Assembly (NCBI GenBank): GCA_964510025.1
Contig: CAZDZV010000002.1
Location: 62,001 to 126,000 of the forward strand
Direction of reading: 5' to 3'
Length of the DNA stretch: 64,000 bases
DNA from: an uncultured Methanosarcinales archaeon
Lineage (GTDB): Archaea > Nanobdellota > Nanobdellia > Woesearchaeales > DATDXC01
A model generated the notes under the pieces. That model was not told the DNA's origin. It was given only the letters and a program-made list of their open reading frames with translations, and did not search any database. The position numbers and the translations under genes are program-made. Shown here one piece after another: positions 8,530-17,848 of this stretch; within the stretch, counting starts at the first letter, position 1, and each line of letters opens with the position of its first letter.

Positions 8530-11500
8530 TTAAGGCTGTTCGCCTGATGGAACTCCTTTGATTGAGACTGTATTTGAGTATTCTCCTGCTGCCTGCGAGC
8601 CAGGGACTGTAAGGAAGAACTTAAGATATACGTTGCTGCCGTCCGGCAGATCAGAGCCGATCTGATTGTCTGAAAAATTAGTGGTCAACCTAAACTTATT
8701 GTAGCTCGGAACAGACATATTTGTAAGGTTAAAGCTGAAGGTCTCGTTGCTGAGAAGGATAATCTGGCCCCCAGGTGTAGTGAGATTATCGTCTGCCTTT
8801 ATGTACAGGTCAGCTGTTGTTCCTGTTGCAGACACAGCTACATCATAACCTGTATAGCCTGTCCCATTATTGTTGTTAGCAGACTGGTTCTCTATAGGAA
8901 GGCTGACTATTGTCCAGTTTATGCCCCCTGAAAGGTGGTCTGACATTGAAACTGAGATAGCCTGAGATGGGTTTATCTCAAACTCCCATATTGCTGAAGA
9001 ATTTGTGGAATAGCTGTCATTTGTCAATACTCTCCAATAATAGCTGTCTTCTGGAAGCTCTTCATCTTTGGCTATTGTATAATTCGTGTCTGTGAATCCT
9101 TTTTTCTCAAATTCGGGGGATGAAAAATCCTTGTCATTGTCTATCTGCAGCTTAAACGTAAAATAGTCCATGTCTTCATCTGACGCATTTGTCCAGTTAA
9201 AGAACGTTGTGTTGTCAGCTGTTATGGTAGCATTTGGCGGCTCTATCAAGCTTACGTTTGCAGGCAGCCTGTTCTCTATCTTAAAGGTCTGCAGAGCGCC
9301 TTCCTGAAGATTATTCGCTGTGTCGTTTGCGTAGTAGCGCCAGCCGACTACCTGCTGGTTGGTGTAGTTGGCTGATGAAACATTGAAGTAATAGATGTCG
9401 TCTTCATTTTCAGGAGTAAGGTTTTCCCATGAGCTGCTCCAGTTGCCTGCGATCCATACCTGGTCCAGGTTTGAATCTGTTATAGTGGCATTGAGCTGGG
9501 TATGGTCATCATTGTGCACTGTGGAAGGGGACTTTGCCTCGCTTCCAATTGCAGGGAGATCAGCATCGCATTCTGTTGATATGCCTGTTACATCTGTGTA
9601 ATTATACCTAACAGGATAACCTGTATCACTAGCCCCTGTATGCGTAAAGCCCACATCTGCATCTGATGAAATGCACTGCCAGTCATAGTACCATGCATCT
9701 CCTGCGCCATCTGTCAGCTCGTAGCTAACCCCGCCTATAGTGGCGTTTGCATAGCCTATTGTCTCTGATGCGTCTGTTATGGATACAGAGAACTTTGCAT
9801 AATCGTCAGCTCCCAGAAGCGAATCATTGACTGCATATCCTGAAAATTGGGGATAATCGGAATTAGAGCTTACATTGATATTGATGTCGGTGCTATTTAC
9901 CTGATCCAAGGTGTCATTTACGCTTACATTTATGTAGTAAACGCCCTGGTCCAGCAGTGTTGCATTGCCCAGGATACCTTCTATGCTCATATTGAAGCGT
10001 ACTGTGTCATTTATGAAGTAAGAAGAGACATACAGCATGTCAGACGCATTGAAGTCGACATTCAGGTGATCTACAGTGTATTCAAGCTGTGCGTTGGCAG
10101 GATATTCATCCCATGTTGGGGCAGAATAGTCTACGTAGATGGTCCTTTGTTTTGATTCATTAAGGTTATCTGCGGAGTCATATGCATAGGCTTGATAGGT
10201 ATAGGTGCCTTCAACTAAGCCTATCGTTGAATTCTTGCTCTGGTTTGCAATGATGTACCATTGTGAGCTGTTATGCTTATACAGGTTGCTGAAATAAAGC
10301 TGCTGAATCTCATCTGCTGAAAGAGATATATTCCATATCCTGACCTCATCGATTGTGCCGTTGAAGAAACCATAAGTAAGGTAGTGTCTTGCCCCTATCG
10401 CTACATTATTGCTTACTGCATCTAAATCAGGGGATCCGGCAGCTATGCTATCTTCCTGGTTTCCATTTATGTAGAGGATATGGTCTGTGCCGTCCCATGT
10501 CACAGCAATATGGTACCATGTGTCTTTTTCTATGGTTGTCTTTGAGTTAATGACCTTCTCCTCTCCATCCCAGATATAGCTGTAGAAAGTGTCATCTTCA
10601 TCCTGGTAGAGGATCATCCGGCCTTCAAGATATACAAGCTGAGGGCAGCTATCTGAAACGCATGTCGGAGCCAGGCTGTAGGGCTTGGCCCAGAGAGATA
10701 TGGTGGCCTTTTCAAGCTGCGCAGCTGAGAAAACATCCTGGCCAAGATTGATATAATCCCAGTCGCCATCGAATTCAAAAGAGCCCTGGTATTTTCCAGC
10801 AGACCGGTTGAAACCTGAGGCGCCGATATCTATGCCGGATCCTATGCTCCTGTTGTTCACATAGGTGCCGTTGTTCTGCTGCCTGCTTAGATCAGCTATG
10901 TGGGTTGAATTCTCCCCCAGCGCAGTGAGGTTGTTGAGGTTCATGAACAAAACAAGCGAATCATTATACAGGGTGCAGTTGGTTCCGTTCCAGTTAAATT
11001 TAGCTTCCTTAAGGTCGTTTTCGGCTATGCTGACATTGACTTCCAGCCAGTCCTGCCTCTGCAAGGTAGCGTTGACAGGAGTATCATTTATGAATTCAAG
11101 GCTTGGCGGGCCTGTATCCGGAAGAAGCGTAAGTGTAAATTCATCTTCGATATTATGCTCAAGGCTGAGATTGTAGCTATGGGTAACTGTATCATAACCT
11201 GAAGCAGTAGCGTTCATGGTGTAGTTGCTATAATGGTCTTTTGTGCCATCTGTATTTATATAGTCGGTCAGCTGCGCTGTCTCGGTGAGCCCATCGCCGC
11301 CGGTTGTGAGGTTCACCTGGTTTTTTATCGACACATTATATATATAGATGCCAGCTTGATCGACAGCTATCGAATTTGTGTCTTCAACATAGGCATTGTA
11401 GTACCATTTTCTAGTCAGCTGCATGGCTCCGTCTCCTGCACCTGAAAAAGCATCTGTACCGGAATAAGATACGTTCACAAACGTATTATTTAGAGCTACG

Positions 11501-14500
11501 CCGCCCAGATCAGCATCTTTTTGGAGATGTATATCATCTCCTGACATAGCTGTGACATTTATATCTTCAAAAATATTATGGGATATGGGCGAAGCCAGAC
11601 CGTCTGAATAAAGATGGATGCCGTTGGCTGAATCCTCGCTGTAATTCAAAAACATGGTGCTAAATCTGTTATACTGTGATTTTGAGTATAGGTAGATGCA
11701 CTGGGAGGTGCAGTTCCACTGGCTGATCTCATCGAAAGCATTGTTGGAACCGTAATAGATGTAAAGGCGGTTGCTCGTAAAATTTATGTCATGGAAATCA
11801 TTCTTATTGCTTCGCTCCATATAAAGCCCGCCGCTTCTCCTTACATTCAGGCTTTTCATGCTGTTATTATCAGAATAAGATAGATATATCCCATAGTCAG
11901 AACTGATAGCCGAAAGATTTGTGGCTGTCCTGCTGATGGTATTATTGTCACTATTTGAGAGATAGAGGCCATACGCCATACCTGAAAAGGTGGATTCCAT
12001 CGAGTTAACCTCACATCCGGTTATGTTTGCATAGAAGGAATAATCCAGATGAAGCCCGTATATGGTCGACAGGAAGCCAAAATTACCCACTGATGAGAAG
12101 GATAGGTTTGAGATTGTAGAATTATAGGCTCTGGTCAGGCTCACAGCCCTTCCAAAGCCGTATATTTCGCCATTTTTGATTGTTGAACGGTTATAGCCCT
12201 TAACATATACTCCGTAATCGTCCACTGAATTGCTATCCCCGGTGATATTGAAACCGTTCAGGTCCAAGGTGACATTGTTGGCCTGTATCCTGATGCATGT
12301 TTCAGTTGTGTTGATGGACTGATTCAAGGTATAGACAACATCAGGGTCGGTCAAATTACCGCACTGATAGACAGTATTGTTTGACTCATTATATATGGTG
12401 GGGTCGACAATATAGTCAAATTCCACAGCTGAATCCAGTATCTTAAGGTCGAAAGCATCGTTTGTTGAATTAAGCCCGGCCAGGTAAACCTTGTGCCAAG
12501 CCTCTGATGTGATATTGAGGAAAGAGGCCAGCAGGCTGGCACCATCTTTGGTGTAGACGTGGATCCTAGAGGTTGCATTGCTCCTGGCGTATATGGTGAT
12601 ATCGTTTGCTGATGTCAGGTTCTCTTCGAAAGAGACGCGCACATATTCATCAGGAAGTATCTTCTCAGACCAGCTGTTGTCTTTCTCCCTTACCTCCCTG
12701 TAGATGTCTGAGACAAATACCTTGTCCTGGTCAAGGTGATATGCTGTTGTTATCTCGATTATGAGAAGATAAGACTGGTTGGAGAGATGAGGTACAATCC
12801 ATTCGATATAGTCGACGTGTCCGTCATTGTCTCTGTCATACGGCTCAAAGTCGACCTGTTTTCGTGTCCCGTTCACCTCCCAATAGAGCCAGATGCCTGA
12901 CTCCGGCACAGGAAGGCCTATATCCGTATAAGCAAGGACATTTTCATAGTGGATATCCGAGATTATCTTTATCAGCTTAGACCTATTTGTGACATTTTCT
13001 TCAGCTGAATACGGGCCTTCTGTGTAATACTCTACCTCAACTTCGTCAACCTCATCTCCAATGACTATCTCTGTCACATTGGTCTCATTGACAGCTGGCA
13101 CAGCTTCTGCTCCGAACATCCCGGTTATCAGGGAGAATCCTCTTGCGTTCTTTGACAGCTTTCTTGTTTCCGGCGGCTTACCGAACTCAATCTTTGCGCC
13201 AAAAAGCCATTCAAAGAACCTTATGAACCATCCTTTGCTTTCGGCGGAGATTGCATATCCTGTAAGATGGTTTTTCTGGTTCTTATGCGCAATAAGCTTT
13301 GTATTTATCTCCTTCAGCTGCTTCTTGTTGAGCACATTTTCCCTTTTTTCGGCAAGAAGCTCTGTCACTTCATCATCTATTATCTCAAGCTTCTTGTCAG
13401 TCAGGTATTCATCATATTCTTTCTGGACGCCTTTGTGGATCACAGTGATCTTATCTTCTCCTATCTTCTCTTCCATCCCTTGCTTTATTCGCCTCGCAGT
13501 GAAATTAAGCGCTTCATCAGATATGTTGAGGGTTACATTGCTGGCTGTCGCGTTAAGCCTGACTTTTTTCTGCCATTTTACAGGCCTGCCGATCACTGCG
13601 ATGCCCTGTTTTACTGTCTCTGTCCTGTTGAAGACCTGTTTCTTTGCAACATTTACCTCAAAGGTATTCGAAACAGAGACCAGCTCAGAATCGTTTGCGC
13701 TGAAGAATATGTATTGCTTGCCGGAAAATCCCTCATCAGGCACTATGGCAGCACTGTAATCCGATAGTATAACGCTGAGATTTTCTGCATTATGGCAGCT
13801 GATGATGAGATTATCATTGTCAGGTTCAGAGATGTAGTCAGTGAGATTTAGCACCAGCTGCTGGCCTGGATCGATCTTCTGGTCTGGAATGACGTCCCAT
13901 TTTGGCGGCCGGTTGGGAATCTCTTGAACTGAAGTGTAAGCCACTGAATCAAGCGCCAAAGTGGTATTCCTGATGTCTATCTTCAGCAGATATTTGCTCT
14001 TGTTGAAATTTTTCAGCGTGCATGTTTCAACGCACGCATCCTCAAAGTATATCATCTCGGGATGGAATCCTGCAGAAAGGTGCGCAAATGCAGAATGGAG
14101 CACCTCAAAGTATAGGTTGTCCACTGTAAGGTTGTAGTCAAAATAGATGATCTGGCTGCTGACAATATTCTTGTAGGTGGCTCCGTAAGAGCCATGATTG
14201 AGCAGAAAGGGCTCATCCCAGCTTTCCTTTGAAGGCTGGAGATCTATGAAGTTGCAGCATTCATGGTCCCCATAGCAGAGTTTTGTGATATCTGCAGTGT
14301 CCATGCTCTTCACTATCCAGTGCGTGCATAGCTTATCCTTGTCTACATCCCAGCTGAACTCGCTGTCCTCTACAGTGAAATCGATTATTCCGCTTGTAGA
14401 TTCAAAGCCGTTGTTATCTATGTCATAGCTGCTTCCTGGGTCATATTCCAGCTTCGCGACTATCGATTTGTTAAGGCCGGAAGTCTGTTCAGAGGTGTTG

Positions 14501-15330
14501 TAGCTGATCACCATCTCAGAAAGGTTGACTGATGATCTGGATATAGCATGGTCTATGAGATAGCCTGTGTCCAAGACAATGTATTCTGTGTTGTTTTCAT
14601 GAAGAGTGATCTTCACCTCAGAATCAAGGGGGATGCTGCCGCTAAGGCTGATGGATCTAATCTCTGAAGGGTTCTGAACAAGCCAGATATACTCTGTAGT
14701 CTGGTTGAGGACAAGGTTCAGGGGATCCTGATAGCTGTATTCCTCTGTTACAACGGTGAATCCTGTCATGCCTGGATTGATGACAAAGATAAGGCCCAGG
14801 ATAAATAAGGCTATAACAGGCAGAACCTTCAAGTATATCCCCCAGTTGACCTCCTTCCACAGGTACCTTTGTTTCTGCTCCCAGCTGATATTCTGCGGAG
14901 CTGGTTTTACTTCGCAGTGCTTTGCCACAACAGCGGGCTTTGGCGGCTCTTTTTTCGGGGCCGGCTTTCTTCTAAGCTGGTTTCTTATCCACTGCTTCCT
15001 TATTCTTTCAACATCTTTTTCACTAAAGGGCTTCAATGGGTTTTTCTTTTGGTCTAGGTAATCTTCAAAGGAGCTGTCGATATATCTTATCTGCCTTTTG
15101 CCTGTTCGCTTCCTAGCCTTCTTTTTGGGAGTCCCCTTGAGTTCGATAGGCGATTTCTTGTTTATTTTCTGGTGCAGATCAAGCCATTCTTTCCTCTTTT
15201 TTCCCTGGACCTCATCATCAAGCTTGATCAGGAGCTCCCTTTTAGAGATATATCCATTGTCATAAGCTTCTAGCAGCTGGTATCCATGCTTATGGGAAAG
15301 AACCTTTTGCTTGAATGTTGTCTTATCCAT
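8530..15330 (-). CDS. Giant surface protein, 2266 aa: basic N-terminal domain, TM, Ig/cadherin-like, NosD-type beta-helix, LamG-like, Ig-like and C-terminal pilin-like domain
   Basis: TM near aa 165-185; GIYL-type beta-helix repeats; LamG motifs WYHIAVTWDG and FNGTIDEVRIWN; many N-x-S/T sequons. Confidence 0.85.
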   Translation of the reverse strand: MDKTTFKQKVLSHKHGYQLLEAYDNGYISKRELLIKLDDEVQGKKRKEWLDLHQKINKKSPIELKGTPKKKARKRTGKRQIRYIDSSFEDYLDQKKNPLKPFSEKDVERIRKQWIRNQLRRKPAPKKEPPKPAVVAKHCEVKPAPQNISWEQKQRYLWKEVNWGIYLKVLPVIALFILGLIFVINPGMTGFTVVTEEYSYQDPLNLVLNQTTEYIWLVQNPSEIRSISLSGSIPLDSEVKITLHENNTEYIVLDTGYLIDHAISRSSVNLSEMVISYNTSEQTSGLNKSIVAKLEYDPGSSYDIDNNGFESTSGIIDFTVEDSEFSWDVDKDKLCTHWIVKSMDTADITKLCYGDHECCNFIDLQPSKESWDEPFLLNHGSYGATYKNIVSSQIIYFDYNLTVDNLYFEVLHSAFAHLSAGFHPEMIYFEDACVETCTLKNFNKSKYLLKIDIRNTTLALDSVAYTSVQEIPNRPPKWDVIPDQKIDPGQQLVLNLTDYISEPDNDNLIISCHNAENLSVILSDYSAAIVPDEGFSGKQYIFFSANDSELVSVSNTFEVNVAKKQVFNRTETVKQGIAVIGRPVKWQKKVRLNATASNVTLNISDEALNFTARRIKQGMEEKIGEDKITVIHKGVQKEYDEYLTDKKLEIIDDEVTELLAEKRENVLNKKQLKEINTKLIAHKNQKNHLTGYAISAESKGWFIRFFEWLFGAKIEFGKPPETRKLSKNARGFSLITGMFGAEAVPAVNETNVTEIVIGDEVDEVEVEYYTEGPYSAEENVTNRSKLIKIISDIHYENVLAYTDIGLPVPESGIWLYWEVNGTRKQVDFEPYDRDNDGHVDYIEWIVPHLSNQSYLLIIEITTAYHLDQDKVFVSDIYREVREKDNSWSEKILPDEYVRVSFEENLTSANDITIYARSNATSRIHVYTKDGASLLASFLNITSEAWHKVYLAGLNSTNDAFDLKILDSAVEFDYIVDPTIYNESNNTVYQCGNLTDPDVVYTLNQSINTTETCIRIQANNVTLDLNGFNITGDSNSVDDYGVYVKGYNRSTIKNGEIYGFGRAVSLTRAYNSTISNLSFSSVGNFGFLSTIYGLHLDYSFYANITGCEVNSMESTFSGMAYGLYLSNSDNNTISRTATNLSAISSDYGIYLSYSDNNSMKSLNVRRSGGLYMERSNKNDFHDINFTSNRLYIYYGSNNAFDEISQWNCTSQCIYLYSKSQYNRFSTMFLNYSEDSANGIHLYSDGLASPISHNIFEDINVTAMSGDDIHLQKDADLGGVALNNTFVNVSYSGTDAFSGAGDGAMQLTRKWYYNAYVEDTNSIAVDQAGIYIYNVSIKNQVNLTTGGDGLTETAQLTDYINTDGTKDHYSNYTMNATASGYDTVTHSYNLSLEHNIEDEFTLTLLPDTGPPSLEFINDTPVNATLQRQDWLEVNVSIAENDLKEAKFNWNGTNCTLYNDSLVLFMNLNNLTALGENSTHIADLSRQQNNGTYVNNRSIGSGIDIGASGFNRSAGKYQGSFEFDGDWDYINLGQDVFSAAQLEKATISLWAKPYSLAPTCVSDSCPQLVYLEGRMILYQDEDDTFYSYIWDGEEKVINSKTTIEKDTWYHIAVTWDGTDHILYINGNQEDSIAAGSPDLDAVSNNVAIGARHYLTYGFFNGTIDEVRIWNISLSADEIQQLYFSNLYKHNSSQWYIIANQSKNSTIGLVEGTYTYQAYAYDSADNLNESKQRTIYVDYSAPTWDEYPANAQLEYTVDHLNVDFNASDMLYVSSYFINDTVRFNMSIEGILGNATLLDQGVYYINVSVNDTLDQVNSTDININVSSNSDYPQFSGYAVNDSLLGADDYAKFSVSITDASETIGYANATIGGVSYELTDGAGDAWYYDWQCISSDADVGFTHTGASDTGYPVRYNYTDVTGISTECDADLPAIGSEAKSPSTVHNDDHTQLNATITDSNLDQVWIAGNWSSSWENLTPENEDDIYYFNVSSANYTNQQVVGWRYYANDTANNLQEGALQTFKIENRLPANVSLIEPPNATITADNTTFFNWTNASDEDMDYFTFKLQIDNDKDFSSPEFEKKGFTDTNYTIAKDEELPEDSYYWRVLTNDSYSTNSSAIWEFEINPSQAISVSMSDHLSGGINWTIVSLPIENQSANNNNGTGYTGYDVAVSATGTTADLYIKADDNLTTPGGQIILLSNETFSFNLTNMSVPSYNKFRLTTNFSDNQIGSDLPDGSNVYLKFFLTVPGSQAAGEYSNTVSIKGVPSGEQP

Positions 15331-15583
15331 TTTTTATGTAAACCTGCCTCACCTTGAACGTGCAGCCCCATAGCTCCAGGAACTGCTTCACATCAGATGC
15401 AAACTGGGAAGGCACCAGAAGCACTGTTCTTCCAAGGTGCTCTATATCATATTTAGCTACTATGCCGCTCTTGCCATCCCGGCCTTTAAGTGAATAATAG
15501 AACCTTATCTTATCTTTTTTCTGGAGGTGTTTTGTTGAATATGTAAATAGAAATAACTCATTGAGTTTTGCATATGAAGACAT
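15323..15583 (-). CDS. Small hypothetical protein, 86 aa (possible ferredoxin-like fold)
   Basis: LFTYST...KIRFYYSLKGRDGKSG...VLLVP; stop overlaps the start of the giant gene; upstream BRE/TATA. Confidence 0.75.
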   Translation of the reverse strand: MSSYAKLNELFLFTYSTKHLQKKDKIRFYYSLKGRDGKSGIVAKYDIEHLGRTVLLVPSQFASDVKQFLELWGCTFKVRQVYIKNG

Positions 15584-15640
15584 TGTTAAATAAACTAACA
15601 GAATTAGTATATAAATCTTTCTATGTTAAATAGGTTAACA
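15584..15640 (-). promoter_or_regulatory. BRE/TATA promoter flanked by two TGTTA-N7-TAACA palindromes
   Basis: TGTTAAATAAACTAACA (15584-15600) and TGTTAAATAGGTTAACA (15624-15640) flank the minus-strand AAAGATTTATATA. Confidence 0.65.
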
Positions 15641-15677
15641 AGCTTTTTTATCAAGAAAATGATTTATGCCAAAGAAT

Positions 15678-15773
15678 TCAAAGCTCTCTGATGATGGTGA
15701 TCAGCTGGTGAATCTCCCTTAGCTGGGAATCTGTGCAAGCGCATATTGTGTCTTCAAGTTCAGCAATATCCAT
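15678..15773 (-). CDS. Putative 31-aa small protein
   Basis: MDIAELEDTICACTDSQLREIHQLITIIREL*; minus-strand GAAAAGCTTATATA (BRE/TATA) about 25 nt upstream. Confidence 0.45.
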   Translation of the reverse strand: MDIAELEDTICACTDSQLREIHQLITIIREL

Positions 15774-15819
15774 ATATGATAAGCAGTGAAAGATGTATAT
15801 AAGCTTTTCTAAAAAAAAG

Positions 15820-15974
15820 TGCCGGTGCCGTGACTTTCAACAAAACTGTGCTGGCACAGTCTGATATTTGAACACGGGACATCCACGTATCCTAGCTAGC
15901 GATAATCATCTCCTTCCGGATCATCGCTCAAAACATATGAGCGTGGCGATCTAACCAGGCTGAACTACACCGGC
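15820..15974 (-). tRNA. tRNA-Met(CAT), probably elongator, with introns at 37/38 (15889-15935) and 59/60 (15834-15866)
   Basis: Acceptor GCCGGTG/CACCGGC; anticodon stem CCACG/CGTGG with CT-CAT-A; T stem CCGTG/CACGG; removing the 47-nt and 33-nt introns gives 75 nt; followed by a T-run. Confidence 0.85.
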
Positions 15975-16011
15975 CTGTTTCTGAGAATTGGCTGATTGTT
16001 TAAAAAGATTG

Positions 16012-16419
16012 CTATAGGAATTTCTTTATCCATTCTGCCAGCTTGGTGATCTCGTCATCCTTATATTTCTGGGGCTTCCAGTTAAGCCTGATGCCGTCGT
16101 CTGCAAACCTTGGTATTATGTGGATGTGAATGTGCGGAACAAGCTGGCCTGCTGCTTTTTTGTTGTTAATCAGGATGTTATAGCCATCATTCCCGAGGGC
16201 TGAAGACAAAGCCCTTTCAATTTTCTTTACAGCGGCGAAAAGACCTGCGACCTCTGTCTCCGGAGTATCTGTCAATGTTTCGTAATGCTTCTTCGGAAGC
16301 ACCAATATATGGCCTTTATTGGCGGGCGCTATGTCAAGAAAAGAGATTATGCTATGGTCTTCATACACCTTAGCAGATGGTATCTTGCCAGCTATTATCT
16401 TGCAAAAAATGCATTCCAT
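16012..16419 (-). CDS. HIT family nucleotide hydrolase
   Basis: CIFCKII; AGQLVPHIHIHIIPR histidine triad. Confidence 0.95.
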   Translation of the reverse strand: MECIFCKIIAGKIPSAKVYEDHSIISFLDIAPANKGHILVLPKKHYETLTDTPETEVAGLFAAVKKIERALSSALGNDGYNILINNKKAAGQLVPHIHIHIIPRFADDGIRLNWKPQKYKDDEITKLAEWIKKFL

Positions 16420-17061
16420 CTAATCACCGATCAACCTTGGTATCTCGCTCAGATACCTTGCCTTTTCCTTATACTCCCTTTTCATACGCCTGTCCACCAG
16501 TATGCTCCTTATGCCTGCTTCTTCAGCTGGCTTCATGTCTGACTGCAGGCTATCGCCCACCATAACAACCTCATCTTTTTTAAGCTTCAGTTGCTTTAGG
16601 ATCTCCCCGAAAAATCCCGGATGGGTCTTAAGCTTGCCGACCTCATAGGACAGAAAGATGTGGTCAAAATACTCTTCAAGGCTGTATTTCTCCAGAACCT
16701 CCCTTACTGAGAAGCAGTCTGTATTGGAGACAAGAATCAACTTGTATTTTTCCTTCAGCTTCTCCAATGTATTTTTGGTATCGGGGTATGGCTTGGCAAA
16801 GAACTTGTTCTTGTTCCACATCCCTATGAGCTTCTCTATATCCTCCTTATCTTCCTCCATATCAAATTCCTTATACACATTGAGGAATGCCTCGTTAAGG
16901 TTTTCATATTCCTTAAGCATAAAAACCTCCTCAAACTTCTGGATGTAATCAGAAAAAGGCATATCCAGCCCCATGATAAACCTTACCTGCTTGACCGGGC
17001 TCGGGAATACTCCGTTCTCTACTATTGTTCCCCAAAAATCAAATAATATTGCTTTCACCAT
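16420..17061 (-). CDS. HAD-superfamily hydrolase
   Basis: FDFWGT (DxD variant), VSNT, K, VGDSLQSD motifs. Confidence 0.9.
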   Translation of the reverse strand: MVKAILFDFWGTIVENGVFPSPVKQVRFIMGLDMPFSDYIQKFEEVFMLKEYENLNEAFLNVYKEFDMEEDKEDIEKLIGMWNKNKFFAKPYPDTKNTLEKLKEKYKLILVSNTDCFSVREVLEKYSLEEYFDHIFLSYEVGKLKTHPGFFGEILKQLKLKKDEVVMVGDSLQSDMKPAEEAGIRSILVDRRMKREYKEKARYLSEIPRLIGD

Positions 17062-17843
17062 CTTATGGGCTCTGCCTGTAAATCTTCAAGGCTGACTATG
17101 ACAGCATGAAGCTTATCATTAGTGCTGCCTGGGTTAATGCTAACTGTTTTATTAATCTTTTCCTTATACTGGTTTGAGAGCTGCGGGCTTTCATGGATAT
17201 GGCCATGAAGCGTAAGATAAGGCTGTTCTTTTTCGATAAACCTCCTAATAGACCTGCTGCCCACATGGCCCTTGAAAGACAGATCAAGACCTGTATTGAA
17301 AGGAGGAGCGTGCATTGAATATATTGTATTTTTTGGATCTGACATTTCTCTAATCCTGTCCATATCCTGGAGTATTGTTCCGGATACTGGTTTGCTGCCC
17401 CTGATGTCATGGACAGGGCTTGTAAGAGGCTCTGAGCTATGATCATCCATCTTTTCCCAGTCCTTCAGGCGAAAAGGAAGCTCATTCACAAAAGAATAGC
17501 CGAGGATCTTATAGCCCCCTATATCACTGGCCCTCATGTGCGTGAGGCAAAGGATACCTCTCTTGTCAGCATCCTCCAGAATATCCATATTTATCCTGAA
17601 ATCATCATTCCCCATCTGCAGGAATGTCTGTATAGCCTGGTTGTTTTTGGCGAGCGGCAGTGCAAAATCTTCAAGAAACTCTCTCTGGAGCCTTATATCA
17701 TGATTGACTTCCACCCTCTCATTCGGGCAGATATCCCCCCCTATTACAATATTCCTGATATTTCTCTTTTTAGCCAGCTCATAGAGCTTATGATAGTGCG
17801 CTTTGTTTCCATGCAGGTCTGTAGCAAAAATTATCTGTGTCAT
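17055..17843 (-). CDS. Calcineurin-like metallophosphoesterase
   Basis: TDLHG, GGD, GNDD, HAPP, HGHIHES, NPGS. Confidence 0.9.
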   Translation of the reverse strand: MTQIIFATDLHGNKAHYHKLYELAKKRNIRNIVIGGDICPNERVEVNHDIRLQREFLEDFALPLAKNNQAIQTFLQMGNDDFRINMDILEDADKRGILCLTHMRASDIGGYKILGYSFVNELPFRLKDWEKMDDHSSEPLTSPVHDIRGSKPVSGTILQDMDRIREMSDPKNTIYSMHAPPFNTGLDLSFKGHVGSRSIRRFIEKEQPYLTLHGHIHESPQLSNQYKEKINKTVSINPGSTNDKLHAVIVSLEDLQAEPIRW

Positions 17844-17848
17844 AAGAA

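Noticed and set aside
15323..15820. CRISPR-Cas locus suggested by the possibly Cas2-like small protein
   Set aside because: No repeat-spacer array or other cas genes seen.
15889..15935. Intron-encoded C/D box guide RNA
   Set aside because: GATGA box-C-like words are present but there is no CTGA box D.
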